Assembly: GCA_964016885.1 (NCBI GenBank)
Contig: OZ024741.1
Span: forward strand, 89,218,001-89,282,000
DNA from: Eledone cirrhosa
Taxonomy: Eukaryota
Reading direction: 5' to 3'
Length of the DNA: 64,000 nucleotides
Shown: one piece after another, positions 50,000 through 62,893 of the stretch
How positions within the stretch are numbered: position 1 is the stretch's first letter
How the letters are laid out: every line of letters starts with the position of its first letter
Program-made: the position numbers and the translations under genes
The notes under the pieces: generated by a model
Seen by the model: only the letters and a program-made list of their open reading frames with translations
What the model was told of the DNA's origin: nothing
The model's database searches: none

Positions 50000-50952
50000 T
50001 TTGAACTGTTATCAGGAAGGCTATGGAAACAGCAGTTGGAATCAAGAGGACAGAGTGAACCTAGCTAAGACTAAAGTGTTGATAAGTAGAAAAGAGGACA
50101 AAACTCTGATTCCATCAGGGAAATGGCCATGTTCGGTATGTAGGAAAGGAGTTGGCATAAATTCTATAAAATGTACACAATGCGGATCTTGAATACACAA
50201 CAGATGTCGTAGGATAGTAGGCACACTAACAGGTAGGGAAAACTACATATGCAGTAAATGCACAGCGAAATTTGACAGTAGAAGTTGCAGTGATAGACAC
50301 ATTTTTCAAGTGCAGGTAGGATCTATTGAAGTGGTTGATAGCTTCCGATACCTAGGTGATCAGATTAGTAAGGGAAGAGGGTGCTCTGAGGCCATAGTAT
50401 CTAGAATAAGGACGGGTTAGAAGAAGTTTAGGAAGCAGCGTCCTCTGTTGACAAAGAAGGGTTTCTCCCGACAAACGAAAGACTGGTTATACGATGTCTG
50501 TGTGAGATGCGCGCTGCTGCATGGTAGTGAGACATGGCAGCAACTGTGGAGGATATGTGATGGCTGGAGAGAAATGAAGCAAGCATGTTCCGTTGGATGT
50601 GCAATGTCAATGTGCGTGAATGACCAAGCATAGACAAGTTGAGAGAGAAACTGTGTTTAAGAGGGATAGGCTGTAGTGTGCAGGAGAGAAGACTGCATTG
50701 GTATGGACATGTGATGCGCATGGAGGATGACCACTGAATAAAGAAGTGCCAAGAAATTCCAGGAGAAGGAAGACGCAGTAGAGGAAGACCATGAAAAACA
50801 TGGACAGAGGTGGTGAGAGCTGACCTCAGATCGCTGAAGTTCACGGAGGAGATGACAAAGGACCGTGATGAATGGAGAGATGCTGTGCTGAATAGGACCC
50901 ATCCCACCCTTGCAAGCAGGGAAAAGCGGGCATAAAATGATGATGATGATGA
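50000..50952 (+). mobile_element. RTE-clade LINE 3' fragment with a PHD-like finger and (TGA)n tail
   Basis: VNLAKTKV, CSVC..CTQC..IHNRC..CSKC, EVVDSFRYLG, LLHGSETW, RRLHWYGHV, RGRP.KTW. Confidence 0.85.
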
Positions 50953-51084
50953 CTGGCCATAGTGGTTAGTGGGTGATGCAAAGAGATGACAACTAAATTG
51001 GGACTGACCACGGATACGCTGCAACTGAAGGCAACCTAACAACTGTCCTCTGAATAGAAAATGCATATATAAAAACATAGTTTA

Positions 51085-51400
51085 CCAGTGTATAGTCAAA
51101 ACCTAATTGGGGACTCATAGATATATGGGTGCCACATTCAACTTAAAAAAAAAAGATGGTATGTGCACACACATTCAGTTAAAAATACCAGGCTACTTGC
51201 CAAAAAAATCTGGGATTTAAAACAGAATAATATGGATCATGCACTTTCCTGGTCAGTGTTAAGGTTTGCCTGCCCATACCAAAATGAAAGATGCTCATGT
51301 GATCTTTGTGTGATGGGAGTATTAGAAATTATGTTGGATCTGTTGAACTCTCCACATGATAGAATCTTTAACTGCCAACATAAGGCATAAAGACTTTCGC
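51085..51400 (+). mobile_element. Penelope GIY-YIG C-terminal remnant; its 3' UTR is interrupted by the mariner and CTGATGA survives near 53315
   Basis: LAKKIWDLKQNNMDHALSWSVLRFACPYQNERCSCDLC..LEIM..LLNS..CQHK. Confidence 0.7.
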
Positions 51401-51894
51401 TAAATACCACCCTGACTAGCATAGGATTGGATCCTGTCCTGTCTCTATATCCACTCTACTTGAAATACTCACCCCTTACAACACCTTCCCTCTCACTGGG
51501 CCTTATTGTAGATTTCTGCAAAGATAAAATCTAATACTTTGCTCCGGAAGTTAATTTATTACCTTTCCACCACATCTTATCTTTTCTAGTCACTCCAGGC
51601 CTGATTTCTTTCTTTTCTTTTTCTATTTTTCTTCTCTCTTTTCTCTTCTTTTTCCTCTCCCTCCTCCCCTATCCACAATATATAAATTAAGTAGGTTTTT
51701 GACCAGCCATAACCCTTTCTAAACTCCACTTGCAACTCTAAGATTGTTCTCATTGGTCATTTGGATTGTAACCCGCCTCCCCTTACAATATTGCAATTCA
51801 GGATTTTATTATTTACTATCTTTATTTATTATTTTTTGCTTATTATTATTATTGGCTTACTATTTCTGTTATATTTTGATTCTGAATTTCTCTA

Positions 51895-53194
51895 CGAGGG
51901 GGGATCAAAAGGTTCGTGGAATTTTTCAGAATATATTATATTTGTCAAAAAATATGATTTACCTTCAATTTATTTTTCTACATAGTTGCCATCCAGGTCA
52001 ATACACTTCACAAGGTGATGCTTCCAGCTTCGTAAGCCATCTTTAAAGAAAGTTGAAGGCCTTGTTCGAAGCCATGTGTTGGCAGTGTTTTTAGCTTATT
52101 CAACACCACTAAAACAGGTTCCTTTTAGCATTTCTTTGAGTTTTGGAAAGAGGAAAAAGTCTGATGGGGCTAAATCTGGACTATAAGGTGGGTGAGGAAG
52201 CACTTCCCATCGAAATTCTCGAAGAACTTCTTTTGCAACCCGCGCAGAATGCGCTGGTGCATTGTCATGGTCAAACAAGATCCTACCATGAAGTTTCCCT
52301 TTTCGTTTCTTGACTAATGCCTCTTTCAGCTTCCTTAAAACATTTGCATAGTAAGCTCCTGTCACAGTTCTTTGACCTTCAAGATAATCTATTAGTATTA
52401 CCCCATCTGAATCCCAGACAATGGTGGCCATCACTTTTTGATCCAACTTTTGAGATTTGAACTTGATTGGCCCCGATGATCCACGTGGAAGCCACTGTTT
52501 TGACTGCTGTTTGGATTCAGGATTATACTGGTAGATCCAGATTTCATCTCCGGTGATGATTCTGGCCAGGAAATGCTCTTCATCAACTTCAATTTTGTTT
52601 AATATCGCCAAAGACAGATCACTTTGAAGAATCAGCTGATCAGGGCGCAACACTTTTGGGACCTATCGCGCTGAAAGCTTGCTTAGTCCCAAATTATTGT
52701 GCAGAATTGAATTTGCCGAACCATATGAAATGTCTAGGGACTTAGCTAACTGATTAACTGTTATTCTTCGATCTTCTTCAATTAAAGTCTGAGCAGCCTC
52801 GACGTTTTGGTCACTTTTTGATGTTCCTGGTCTTCCACTGCGATGGTCGTCTCTCCCTTGTTTGAATTGCTGAATCCACTTGTAGACAGCAGTTTTCTTT
52901 GGAGCAGTAGTACCGTAAACTTTAACTAAAGCCTCCATAATCTGTGTCCCTTTCCATTTGAGTTTCACCAGAAACTTGATATTCGATCTTATCTCAAAAT
53001 AACTATTTTCCATTGTTCCAAAAAGAGGTTTTTTAAAGAGTGTCAGTACTGTACAATAGTCTGCGCATAACTGACTGCAAGTGACTAATAGCAAGGTAAA
53101 CACCCAGTGACAATGTTCTGACATGTTTAATATTGTTTTAACCTATTTTTTTCTTACTACGATAAAATTCCGCGAACTTTTTGATCCCACCTTG
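51895..53194 (-). mobile_element. Full-length mariner (DD34D) transposon, transposase inactivated by nonsense codons
   Basis: TA TSDs and ~30-bp TIRs. Motifs TGDEIW, HDNAPAH and YSPDLAPSD. The W of WVP is TAG (52663), with a second stop at 52096. Confidence 0.95.
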
Positions 53195-53455
53195 TATGTG
53201 CCAATATTTTGTACTTTAGATTTGTTAGCAGTAAGTAATGTTTATTGCAAAAATACGGCACCCTCATCTTGGACTATAACAATTTTTTTCTCTTCCTCCC
53301 TGTTAATTTCTTTCTGATGAGAAGGGGAAGAATTTATCTCAGTACTTGTCTGGTACTTTATTTATCGACCCTGGAAAGGTGAGCGAGTTAACTAATAGCA
53401 AAAATAAAGAATTAGCAATTATATATATTTGTTGATATCAAAACAAACTACTAAC

Positions 53456-53601
53456 CTTTTATTTTGTGTTCAGGATCCAAAATATTAAATTTAGGGAAGT
53501 TATTATTTGCAGGATAACATTTACAATGTATTTTGTACATTATCTTCTTCTTCTCATCTTTTAAATGACTTAGAATGCAATCTTTGGACTTTTCTAGTTG
53601 C
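53456..53601 (-). CDS. Cys-rich gene of unknown function, internal exon (phase 2-1)
   Basis: ctattgcag|..|GTTAGT. Encodes QLEKSKDCILSHLKDEKKKIMYKIHCKCYPANNNFPKFNILDPEHKIK. Confidence 0.65.
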
Positions 53602-54317
53602 CTGCAATAGACGTAACATTTAAGATATAACATAAACATCATAAAATCTCAGTACATTAATGCAGATGTGTGTGGCTTAGTGGCTAAGGTTTTTAGCTCA
53701 TGGTCGTAAAGTTGTGAGTTTGATTCTTGGCAGCATACATGTTGCTCCAGTCCACACAGTTGGAAAAAATAAATTGTATCTATAAATCAAAGAGCTAACC
53801 TTGTCACATACTGTTATGTTGAATCTAACTTAGAACTACGTTAAAGGTCCACATATCTGTGGAATGCTCAGTATCTTGCATATTAATTTCATGAACAGGC
53901 TGTTGCGTTGATTGAATCAATTGGAACACTCTTCATCATAACTGATTGCGGTCCAACATATATACATATATGCAAGCTGAAATGACTGAATATATTTAAC
54001 TCTTTTGGTACTAAACCAGTCCTGGTTCTATGATAGAAACTTGTTGGTATAAAAATCTTCTGTTCTAATTTTATATAAAAATGTTGAGGTTATGTTCCAA
54101 ACACCCATTTAATAATTCTTTATATCATTCGCACAAGGCCAGCAATTTAATAGAAGGGGAAAACTGATCCCAGTACTTAATTGGTACTTTATTTTATTGA
54201 CCCCAAATGAATGAAAGGCAAAGTTGACCTCAGTGGTAGAAATTCATAACAATACCAAAAAGCACTTTGTCTGACTCTATGGATACTGCCAATCCATTGC
54301 CTTCAAACACCAGTTTA

Positions 54318-54508
54318 ATAATTGTTTCTACTTTTGCCAGAAGGCCAGAAATTACCCCAGTGCATTACTGGTACTTTATTTTATCGACCACGAAAGGATG
54401 AAAGGCAAAGTTAACCTTGGCGGGATTTGAACTCAGACTATAAACGGACTTAACTATGCTGGAAAGCATGGCGTCCGACCCTCCACCGATACTGCCAATC
54501 CACTACCC
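54318..54508 (-). mobile_element. SINE family A (an older relative lies directly upstream at ~54130-54302)
   Basis: Matches the family-A consensus. Confidence 0.8.
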
Positions 54509-54944
54509 TCAATCCACTAGTTTAATAATAAGAAAGTTAATTATATTACTAAATATATTGATTATTTTCAAAATGATTTGAAAACCATATGCAGTTTTTT
54601 CCATTAGAAATATGGTAACAAAATCATTAAGGTCAGCAGAAGATCCTTCATTTGCTATTAGTTTCATCTTGTAGGTATCCCATAATGTTTCTGAAAAATC
54701 TATTTATATAATATAATTGCAGAAAGAAAAACTGGTAAATGGTTCACCAATGTCATTTGTTAGAGCGTTCAGAGTTCATATGTCATGCGTGGAAATTTCT
54801 TAATTGGCTTCTTTATAATTGTAACCAGAGATACTAAATTGGAAACAATGTGGAACCCCAGAGTCACCTACAATGTGGTTGGATGATTGGAAAAACGACT
54901 CAAAATTGTTTAAAAAAGTGGATCCAGATATAAAATAAAAATAA

Positions 54945-55128
54945 TAATTGTTTCTACTATTGGCACAAGGCCAGCAATTACCCAGTACATTACTGGTACT
55001 TTATTTTATCGACCCCGTAAGGATGAAAGGCAAAGTTAACCTCGACGAGATTTGAACTCAGACCGTAAAGGGACGTAACTATGCTAGAAAGCATGACGTC
55101 CAACCTTCTACCGATACTGCCAATTCAC
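54945..55128 (-). mobile_element. SINE family A
   Basis: Matches the family-A consensus. Confidence 0.85.
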
Positions 55129-55799
55129 ATGATATCTAATATAAGCACTTTGCCTTTCATCCGTTTAAGGTTGACAAAAAAGTACCATTCTAGTACTGGG
55201 TTAGACTGGTGTCACATTATGAGGCCAAGCAGGTCAAGTGACCATGGCTGGATACCCTTCTTAATGCCAACTACTTAGCAATGTGTACTGGGGGCTTTTT
55301 TCATGGCAGCAGCACTACTTACAGTGTGGAGTGGGTGCTTTTTGTTGTAACATAAGTACCACCTTACAGGGTGAAACTGGATGCTTTTGTTGTAGTATCA
55401 GCATGACCACCTTACAGATACACCCTCACCCCACCTAGGAAAAGTTATTTCAAGGATGATTAACATATTGCCCCATTGTATTTTGAGATAAATGTCTTAT
55501 TTGGCTTGTGGTATTTCTGCAACCACATAATTCAACATGAAAATATAACATATTCACTTGTTTGTTTTTTTTAACATGTTTTGTTGAAGTTTACAGTATG
55601 GTTATCAGTCACATCTTGTATCCAGAGTTATTATTTAGAGAGGAAATAAGGAGAGTAAGAAATATAATTATGATGATATAAAATTATTTGCAAATTTTAA
55701 TTACTTGAAATTCAGTCCAAGGGAGAAAACTTGTGTTTTTTTAGTATAAACTAAAATCCTTAAGTGAGTAGAGATATATCATTATCATTTTACATCCAC

Positions 55800-55982
55800 G
55801 GTGGATTGGCAGTATCGGTAGAGGGTCGGATGCCATGCTTTCCAGCATAGTTACGTCCCTTAACGATCAGAGTTCAAATCCTGCTGAGGTTGACTTTGCC
55901 TTTCATCCTTATGGGGTCGATAAAATAAAGTACCAGTAATGCACTGGGTAATTTGATGGCCTTGTGCCAAAAAGTAGAAACA
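55800..55982 (+). mobile_element. SINE family A with 19-bp TSD
   Basis: attatcattttacatccac at 55781-55799 and 55983-56001. Confidence 0.88.
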
Positions 55983-56169
55983 ATTATCATTTTACATCCA
56001 CTGTTCCACACTAGTACAGTTTGAAGAGGTCCTTCTCAGTGCAACATCTATCCACTTCTCACACACATATATGTGTGTGTGTGTATGCAAAAAATAAACA
56101 GAAAACAATAAAGTAAACAATACAATGAAGATATATATTGGTTTAACACTTGATATTGTAGGAAAAGAG

Positions 56170-56205
56170 TCTTAACGTTTCAGATGTTAATCTTTCATTA
56201 GAAGA
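56170..56205 (-). ncRNA. Degenerate ultra-minimal hammerhead
   Basis: Minus strand: ucuu-CUAAUGA (core G>A)-a agau uaac aucu-GAAAC GUU-aaga. Confidence 0.5.
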
Positions 56206-57109
56206 TAGAAATAAAAGAAACAAAAAAATAGAAGAGAGTGAGAAGAGGAAGAATCAAAAACACTTTTTGCGGAGAAAAAGCTTGCGTGTGTTCAGTCAGC
56301 CATTTTGAGGACTCACACACACACGTTACTTTTTTGGTCAGAGAATTGCCTTTTGTGAAGTGTAATTACTCAATTAACGATATATTAACATTAGCTAAGA
56401 TATCAATTATGCATAGCTACAAAGAAACTAATGGGAACAGTGGTGTACAACATATACAGACTGTCACACGGCATCTTATTTGATTAACATCGCTACATGG
56501 CTGCATGTGTAGAAACGGTATTTTACAAGAGGGAAAACATAGTGTACCTAAAATAATAGATTGGCCATCTACCTATGTGCCATAGATTTTTTCAATCTCG
56601 GCTGACATAGTGCTATACAACCTCCACAACAACATGATTGAAAAACAATTTAACTATTTTTAAAAGCCATTCATCTATTTATAGTTTGATAAGGTGGGTG
56701 CAACATGGTCGAATGGTTAAGGAGTTCATCTCACAACCATTAGGTCCTTGGTCTGATCCCACTGTGTGGCATCTTAGGCAAGTATCATTTACTATAACCT
56801 TCAGTTGACCCATGACTTGTGAGTGAAATTGGGTAGATAGAAACTGTTTGGAAGTCTGTCAGATGGACAGTACCAGCAATTCAAAGAGCTAGCTTTGTCA
56901 CACCCTGTGTTGTGCCGAATGTATCTGAGAATTACATTAAAGGTACATGTGTCTGTGGAATACTCAGCCACTTACATGCTAGTTGCGTGAGCTGAATATT
57001 CCATTAATCAAACAACTGAAAGATTCATCTTCAAAACTGACGAAGGTCCATTCCATTCCTAGGATAAAAAATAGGGAAAGAAAAAATGTAAATTTTGTAC
57101 TTGACTTAC

Positions 57110-57191
57110 ACGCATATTTCATCTGTCCATGTCTCCAAATCTTCCAATATTCTCCACTTAGTAACACAGTCATTTCCTGTTGCTATTGTAC
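57110..57191 (-). CDS. Cys-rich gene, internal exon (phase 1-2)
   Basis: cttaccag|..|GTAAGT. Encodes GTIATGNDCVTKWRILEDLETWTDEIC. Confidence 0.7.
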
Positions 57192-57289
57192 CTGGTAAGT
57201 ATAATATTAAACAGATGTTAGTCGATAAGATATTACATATAATCAATGTCAAACTACTTCCCATTCTGCAGTTGTAAGCCCTCTTATAT

Positions 57290-57600
57290 GGGGTGTGACA
57301 TGTAGCGAAATGCCCAGGTTTCATTGTCCAATAAACAGAGAATAGCAGGATGTTGAAATATCGGTCCCTTTCCAAAAAGTTTGTTGTTGAACCTGGAGCG
57401 GTGGAGACCTTGGGCATTCTCGGTCCCCATACCACCTCTCTACTCACTGCTATTGAACAAAGTTGGCCACCTGTACAAGTGACCCCTTGTGTTGGAATGG
57501 CTCTTTCAACGCATCTCCCTCACTATCCTCCGAGGCAACGCTTTCTCTATTCTGTCTGTTGGAACCATAAGGCAACTTGTGCCTGAGGTGCTGCTTGCCA
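57290..57600 (+). mobile_element. CRE-like RLE retrotransposon 3' fragment
   Basis: KYRSLSKKFVVEPGAVETLGILGP, matching KY..L...F.P.AVETLG. Confidence 0.65.
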
Positions 57601-57744
57601 GAGAGTGTTCTCCCACACTACCAGGGAATGTATCATTGGGGTAATGATGGTATAGGTTGTGGATAGCTACATCTGTCAACACACACATATACAAGTAGCT
57701 TATTACTTTGATTATCTCCCTTTGTGATATGGACATCATCTAAA

Positions 57745-58830
57745 AATAATAATAATAATGAAATTATTGTGTAAAGTGCTCAGGTGCACTACAACTCGTC
57801 AATATAGTACATAGAATAATACACAAATGTCAGGGAAGTACATGTTTGTATGTGTTAGCTGTAGTGTTGGCGGATCTCGGGAAGCATGGAGGCCTTAAAG
57901 GATGCAGTGTCTCGACAGCTAACAACTGATGCAGGTAGTTTGTTCCATGCTTCAGCAACTCTGAGCGTGAAAAAATGTTTCCGAAAGTCATGGGAACTGT
58001 GCTGTTTTCTTACTTTGTGGGCATGTCCACGTGTGTTAGACACATGGAAATCGAAAAGGCACTTAGGGTTGTTGTTGTTGGCAACATGGTTAACAATTTT
58101 GTGGGTGTTTACCAAGTCAGTTGCCAGGCGTCGGAGCTTCAATGAATCCATGCCCAGGGAAGCAAGGCGCTCAGAGTATGGTAGATGCCTGATGGAGGGT
58201 ATTCGCTTGGTTGCACGTCTCTGAACAGTTTCCAGGCGGTCAATGTCCTGAGCAAGATAGGGGTTCCAGACTGGTGATGCAAATTCTAAGTGTGGTCGCA
58301 CCATAGCTGTATACAGCCTTAAATAGATATCTGGAGAGCGGCTGACAAAGGTCTTGCTGAGTGATGCTAAGACCCCCTCGGCCCTCTTGACAATTTTAGA
58401 GACGTGCCTCGTCCAACGCAAATCGCTGCTGACCGTAATGCCCAGGTCACGTTCACAGGAAGACTTCTTGATATTAGTGCTGTGGAGGGAGTATGTGGAC
58501 GCTGGGTTTTTACTCCCAAAATGCATGGTGGTGCACTTGTCCACAGCTAGCTTGAGTTGCCAGTCTGAGATCCACTGTTGCATTGTGTCCAGGTCAGACT
58601 GCAAGCAAGATCTATAGTGTTCAGGATCTGTCCTTTTTATCTCAAGGTACAGCTTGATGTCGTCTGCGTACTTTAGTACTGTGGCATTCCTTAAGTTGGC
58701 ATCTATGTCATTAATATATGCCACAAACAAAAGGGGGCCAAGAACAGATCCCTGAGGTACACCAGATGACATCTCATATGGTGAGGAATGCTGTCCCAGA
58801 ACCGTGACTACCTCTCTTCGACTGTGCAAG
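57745..58830 (-). mobile_element. Young 5'-truncated CR1-group LINE with an uninterrupted 324-codon RT C-terminus
   Basis: SGVPQGSVLGPLLF, KYADD, ERDLGI, VRPHLEF, LETVQRRATKRI, TRGH and WNKLP. (ATT)n tail. Confidence 0.92.
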
Positions 58831-58945
58831 GATATAAACTTGCACTCCCCTATTTCATTTTATGTCATATGTGTTGATTTGTGATTGAAGTGGGGAAAAT
58901 GATTTTTTACTATATTGGTATTGAGTGAATAGACTAACAAGAAAA

Positions 58946-59127
58946 TTCAGTTTGTCTGGCAGACAAATGTAATTATCACTTTACAGTTGAGTGACTAACA
59001 ATTACGAGGACATCTAACTATAAAAGTAGTTACTAAAATAACATACATATATGACTTGTGACTAAAAGAGTAGTGTGCCATATCTTGGTTTGGACAGGCT
59101 TTGGAAACTTGACCTTATAAACTAATA
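58946..59127. repeat. Left arm of a 182-bp inverted repeat (partner 61406-61587)
   Basis: Ungapped reverse-complement match, 9 mismatches counted by eye. Confidence 0.92.
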
Positions 59128-59316
59128 AACGTCTTCAAAATCATTTATTTATCTATTTTTTATTTTTTGTATTTATTTTTTGCTATAGAATACAACTAGT
59201 CCATGTGTCAAAAAATAACAGATTAGAAATATGCAACGCTGCAAATTAACAACAAGCATTATTTTACCTTATAGAGGCAAGTTAAAAATAAGTCCATATC
59301 AAAATACGTTACTTAC

Positions 59317-59441
59317 CATCAATATCTGTGGAAAGACTTTTAAGACTAAAAAGAGGAAGAATCCTTAAGGCTTGGCCTTGTGTTAGAGAACAGCCTTGTA
59401 TCATATCAGAAGAAAGACACTGGTAATAATCATTGAATTTC
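59317..59441 (-). CDS. Cys-rich gene, internal exon (phase 2-1)
   Basis: ttctcttctag|..G|GTAAGT. Encodes KFNDYYQCLSSDMIQGCSLTQGQALRILPLFSLKSLSTDID. Confidence 0.75.
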
Positions 59442-59659
59442 CTAGAAGAGAATCATAAAAATATGTGAGAATAAAAAATAAAAAAATAAATAAAAAAGGA
59501 ATAAAATAAAATAAAATAGCCAATTCTATGAATAAATTCTTTTATAGATATTTGACATTTGAAAATTACCATTACCATTATAATAAAACTCAAGATCATG
59601 TAACAATTTTTAGATTTAATGATAGATTTTTTGAGGGGAGATGGCAATTTGTGCATATA

Positions 59660-60942
59660 CAGGGTGAGGCATAATTCCTGTTACAAGGTTTTAAATCAAT
59701 TTAAAAAATACATTATGTTGCTAATATAACTAATATATTTGTATCAAATCCATGCACTATAACCATATTAACTATTTTTCAGAACATTACGCCATTAACA
59801 ATTTGCAATGTCCATAGAATTAAAAAGAAAGTTCATAATAGAGAAGCATGAAAAAGGCCTGACTCCACCCGAGATATTTAAACTGGGGAAAACTCTTCAG
59901 ATCAATAGAATGTTGATCAAAAGGACAATCAATCAATTTAAGGAAACTTCCTCGACCAAAGACAGACCTCGATCCGAATGCCCTCGCACCTCAAGAACAC
60001 CAAAACTCGTTAAAAGTGTGAAGGAAATAATAAGGCGTAATCCAAGAAAGTCCACGAGAAAAATGGCAGAAGAAGCAGAAACATCGCCGAGAACTATGCG
60101 GAGGATATGTCGAGATGATCTGGGGATGTCACCCTATAAGTTCCAAAAGAGGCAGCTTCTTTCTGCAGCCACAATTCAAAAGAGGCTCTCCAGAAGTAAA
60201 CTGTTATTGAACCGTATCAAGGATGGCACGTTGCAAAACATCATCTTTACAGATGAGAAGTTATTCACTGTGCAGCAGTCTCACAATCATCAAAATGATC
60301 GAGTACTTGCAAAAAAGTCTCAAATCAATTCCTTCAAGTGTAGGAAAAGTGTTCAGAACACAGAAACCAGCATCAGTGATGGTTTGAGCAGCCATTTCTG
60401 AAAGAGAGAAGTCTCCTTTGATTTTTGTGCTTCAATGAGTTAAAATTAACAAAGAACTTTACATAAAGGATATTTTGGAAGGAGCACTGATGCCATGGTG
60501 CACATCTGTTTATGGCGATGACATTTGGACTCTCCAACAAGATGGAGTGACGAGCCAAACTGCTCACGTAACACAACAGTGGTGTAAAGTCCTGCATGGA
60601 TCAGTAAGGAAGAGTGGCCTCCCACATCACCAGATTTCAACCCTCTCTATTTTTCTTTATGGTCAATTCTTGACAGTGAAGCCTGCTCTACTCCTAGCCA
60701 AAATATTGAAACTCTAAAATCAAAACTGAATAAAGTACCCATGGAAACTGTTCGTGCAGCCATCGAAGGCTTTCCTAGAAGACTTCGAGCGGTAGTGAGA
60801 GTTAGAGGAAAGCATTTCGAATAAATTTTTGTGCAGTTGTTTAATAGTATATTACTTACTATTTGTTGAAGTCAGATCTTGAAATAAATGTTTTTTTCAA
60901 GAACTATTTGCATTTTATTTTGTAACAGTTTTTATGCCCCTG
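59660..60942 (+). mobile_element. Tc1/mariner superfamily transposon (DD37D/maT-like), frameshifted
   Basis: TA-flanked TIRs cagggtgaggcataa..tgttacaa / ttgtaacag..ttatgcccctg. HTH region, IIFTDEKLFTVQQSHNHQNDRV, QQDG and WPPTSPDFNPL. Confidence 0.9.
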
Positions 60943-61405
60943 TATGTGCTTTGATAGCTTCCTCTCTATGCTGCTTTCTTACACACAGTGTTAACAAGAC
61001 ATATCCACCTTCTAAACTGTCAGTATTTTAACAATAGTTAGCTACCTATGTATCTTTGGATAATACCTATCTGTCTGTCTAGCTAAAAATCTTTTTGTCT
61101 GTCTATCTACCTACATATGTATTTATCTACTTATAAGCCTGTCTATCTATTTATGCATATTTACCAATGTATCTATCTTTGGACAAGGACAATAACAACA
61201 AAAAAGCATGAATCCCAATCATTGCCCAAAGATAGATAGACAAAACAAAGTCATTGTAATTTAGTGGATATATGTTTGATAATGATCTTTGTAATGGAGG
61301 AATTAATATTTTTTGCTATAAACCTCATCCTTTTTGAGAGACACTCTGCTAGTATTAAAATAAAATATGCAAGAAGTATCAATGATTTTGAAGACATTGA
61401 ACTAC

Positions 61406-61587
61406 TATTAATTTGTAAGGTCAAGTTTCCAAAGCCTGTCCAAACCAAGATATGGCACACTACTCTTCTAGTCACAGGTCATATATGTATGTTATTGTAG
61501 TAGCTACTTTTATAGTTAGATGTCTTCGTAATTGTTAGTCACTCAACTGTAAAGTGATAATTGCATTTGTCTGCCAGGCAAACTGAA
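61406..61587. repeat. Right arm of the 182-bp inverted repeat
   Basis: Reverse complement of 58946-59127. Confidence 0.92.
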
Positions 61588-62893
61588 GTAAGCAGAGTTA
61601 TGTACCTTATATTATGTCACAGCAGCACAACCAGCACCATCACTACAGTGATATGTCTGTTCTTGTATGCTGATATGGGTAGGCAAGATGTTTTGAGGTT
61701 GTGTTTTATAGCTGGATATCTTAGCTGATGCCAACATTTTTAGTTTATTATTACAATATGCAGGGATATGTCATACCTATTCTGAAAACCAAGACACAGT
61801 ATTATAAAATAATGATCTATAATCCTATTATTATGTTATTAAGGTGCCAATTCATTTATCTTCATGGGCAGTGGAATTGGTAGAGTTGTTAGAATGTCAG
61901 AGAGAATGCTTTGCGGTATTTATTCCAACTCCTTGTGCTCTGAGTTCAAAACCTGCTGAGGTCAACTTTGCCTTTCAAGGTTGATAAAAAAAATGTACCA
62001 TTGTAGTAACGGACAATTCTTCCTCTATAACCCTTTCTCACTCACTCCTTCTCCACAAGCAATCGGCTGTGTCCAGACATGGAGAGGGAGTGGGTTCCGC
62101 CAGGTTTAAAATACTCAAGACAAGCCATATGTCACCCCTACATCTATCAGGAGTTACAGGTCCATACATACATAATTTATCTTCATGTGGTAAGTCATGA
62201 GAGTATATATGACGAAGTTTGATGATAAACAAAGGAACCAGTCAAAAGTTTCAGTGGTTTGTATACTATCACCAGCACTGTGGGTGTAAGTGTGTGGCCA
62301 TGAATAAGACCAAGACACTTGACTCATAATAGTTGTAAAGAGGTTTTGTAGGGTAAGTTCCTTCAATAAATACAATCCCTACTTTTACCCTTAATAATCT
62401 GTATAGCATGAAACCACATTAGTAAGACATTCTTGAAAAATACAAACAATACTATGACTGCATATTAAAAATTGAAGTCTTTACTTTAATATTGCAAACT
62501 TTCACAACTATCTGTCCTCTAGTAAAGATACTATAAACATTTGAATTAACAAACTCATTTTTAGATATTTTCTACTACTTTCATTACAAGATGTTAAAAG
62601 TCAATTAAAAACATTGCATACACATCGTTCATTTTAGAAATCACTGCATCACATTAAAAATTCAATTTTTTTTCATTCTGATATTGCAGATTTTCACAAT
62701 GATATATTTATTAATGAAGATACTATAGACATTTGATTTAATAAACCAAGAACATATAACATTATGAAAGTGAAACAATAGAATCTCAGGAAATTGGTAA
62801 TACTTTGTGTCAACAAATAGTAACATAAATAATTTATTCCACTCGGTTAACTATAAGAAATTATGGTTATACATTTTACAATGGTTTACTTAC

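Noticed and set aside
54560-54691. Extra minus-strand exon (ETLWDTYKMKLIANEGSS..)
   Set aside because: It runs into a piggyBac-like MITE end, has no good donor, and its phase does not fit between the neighbouring exons.
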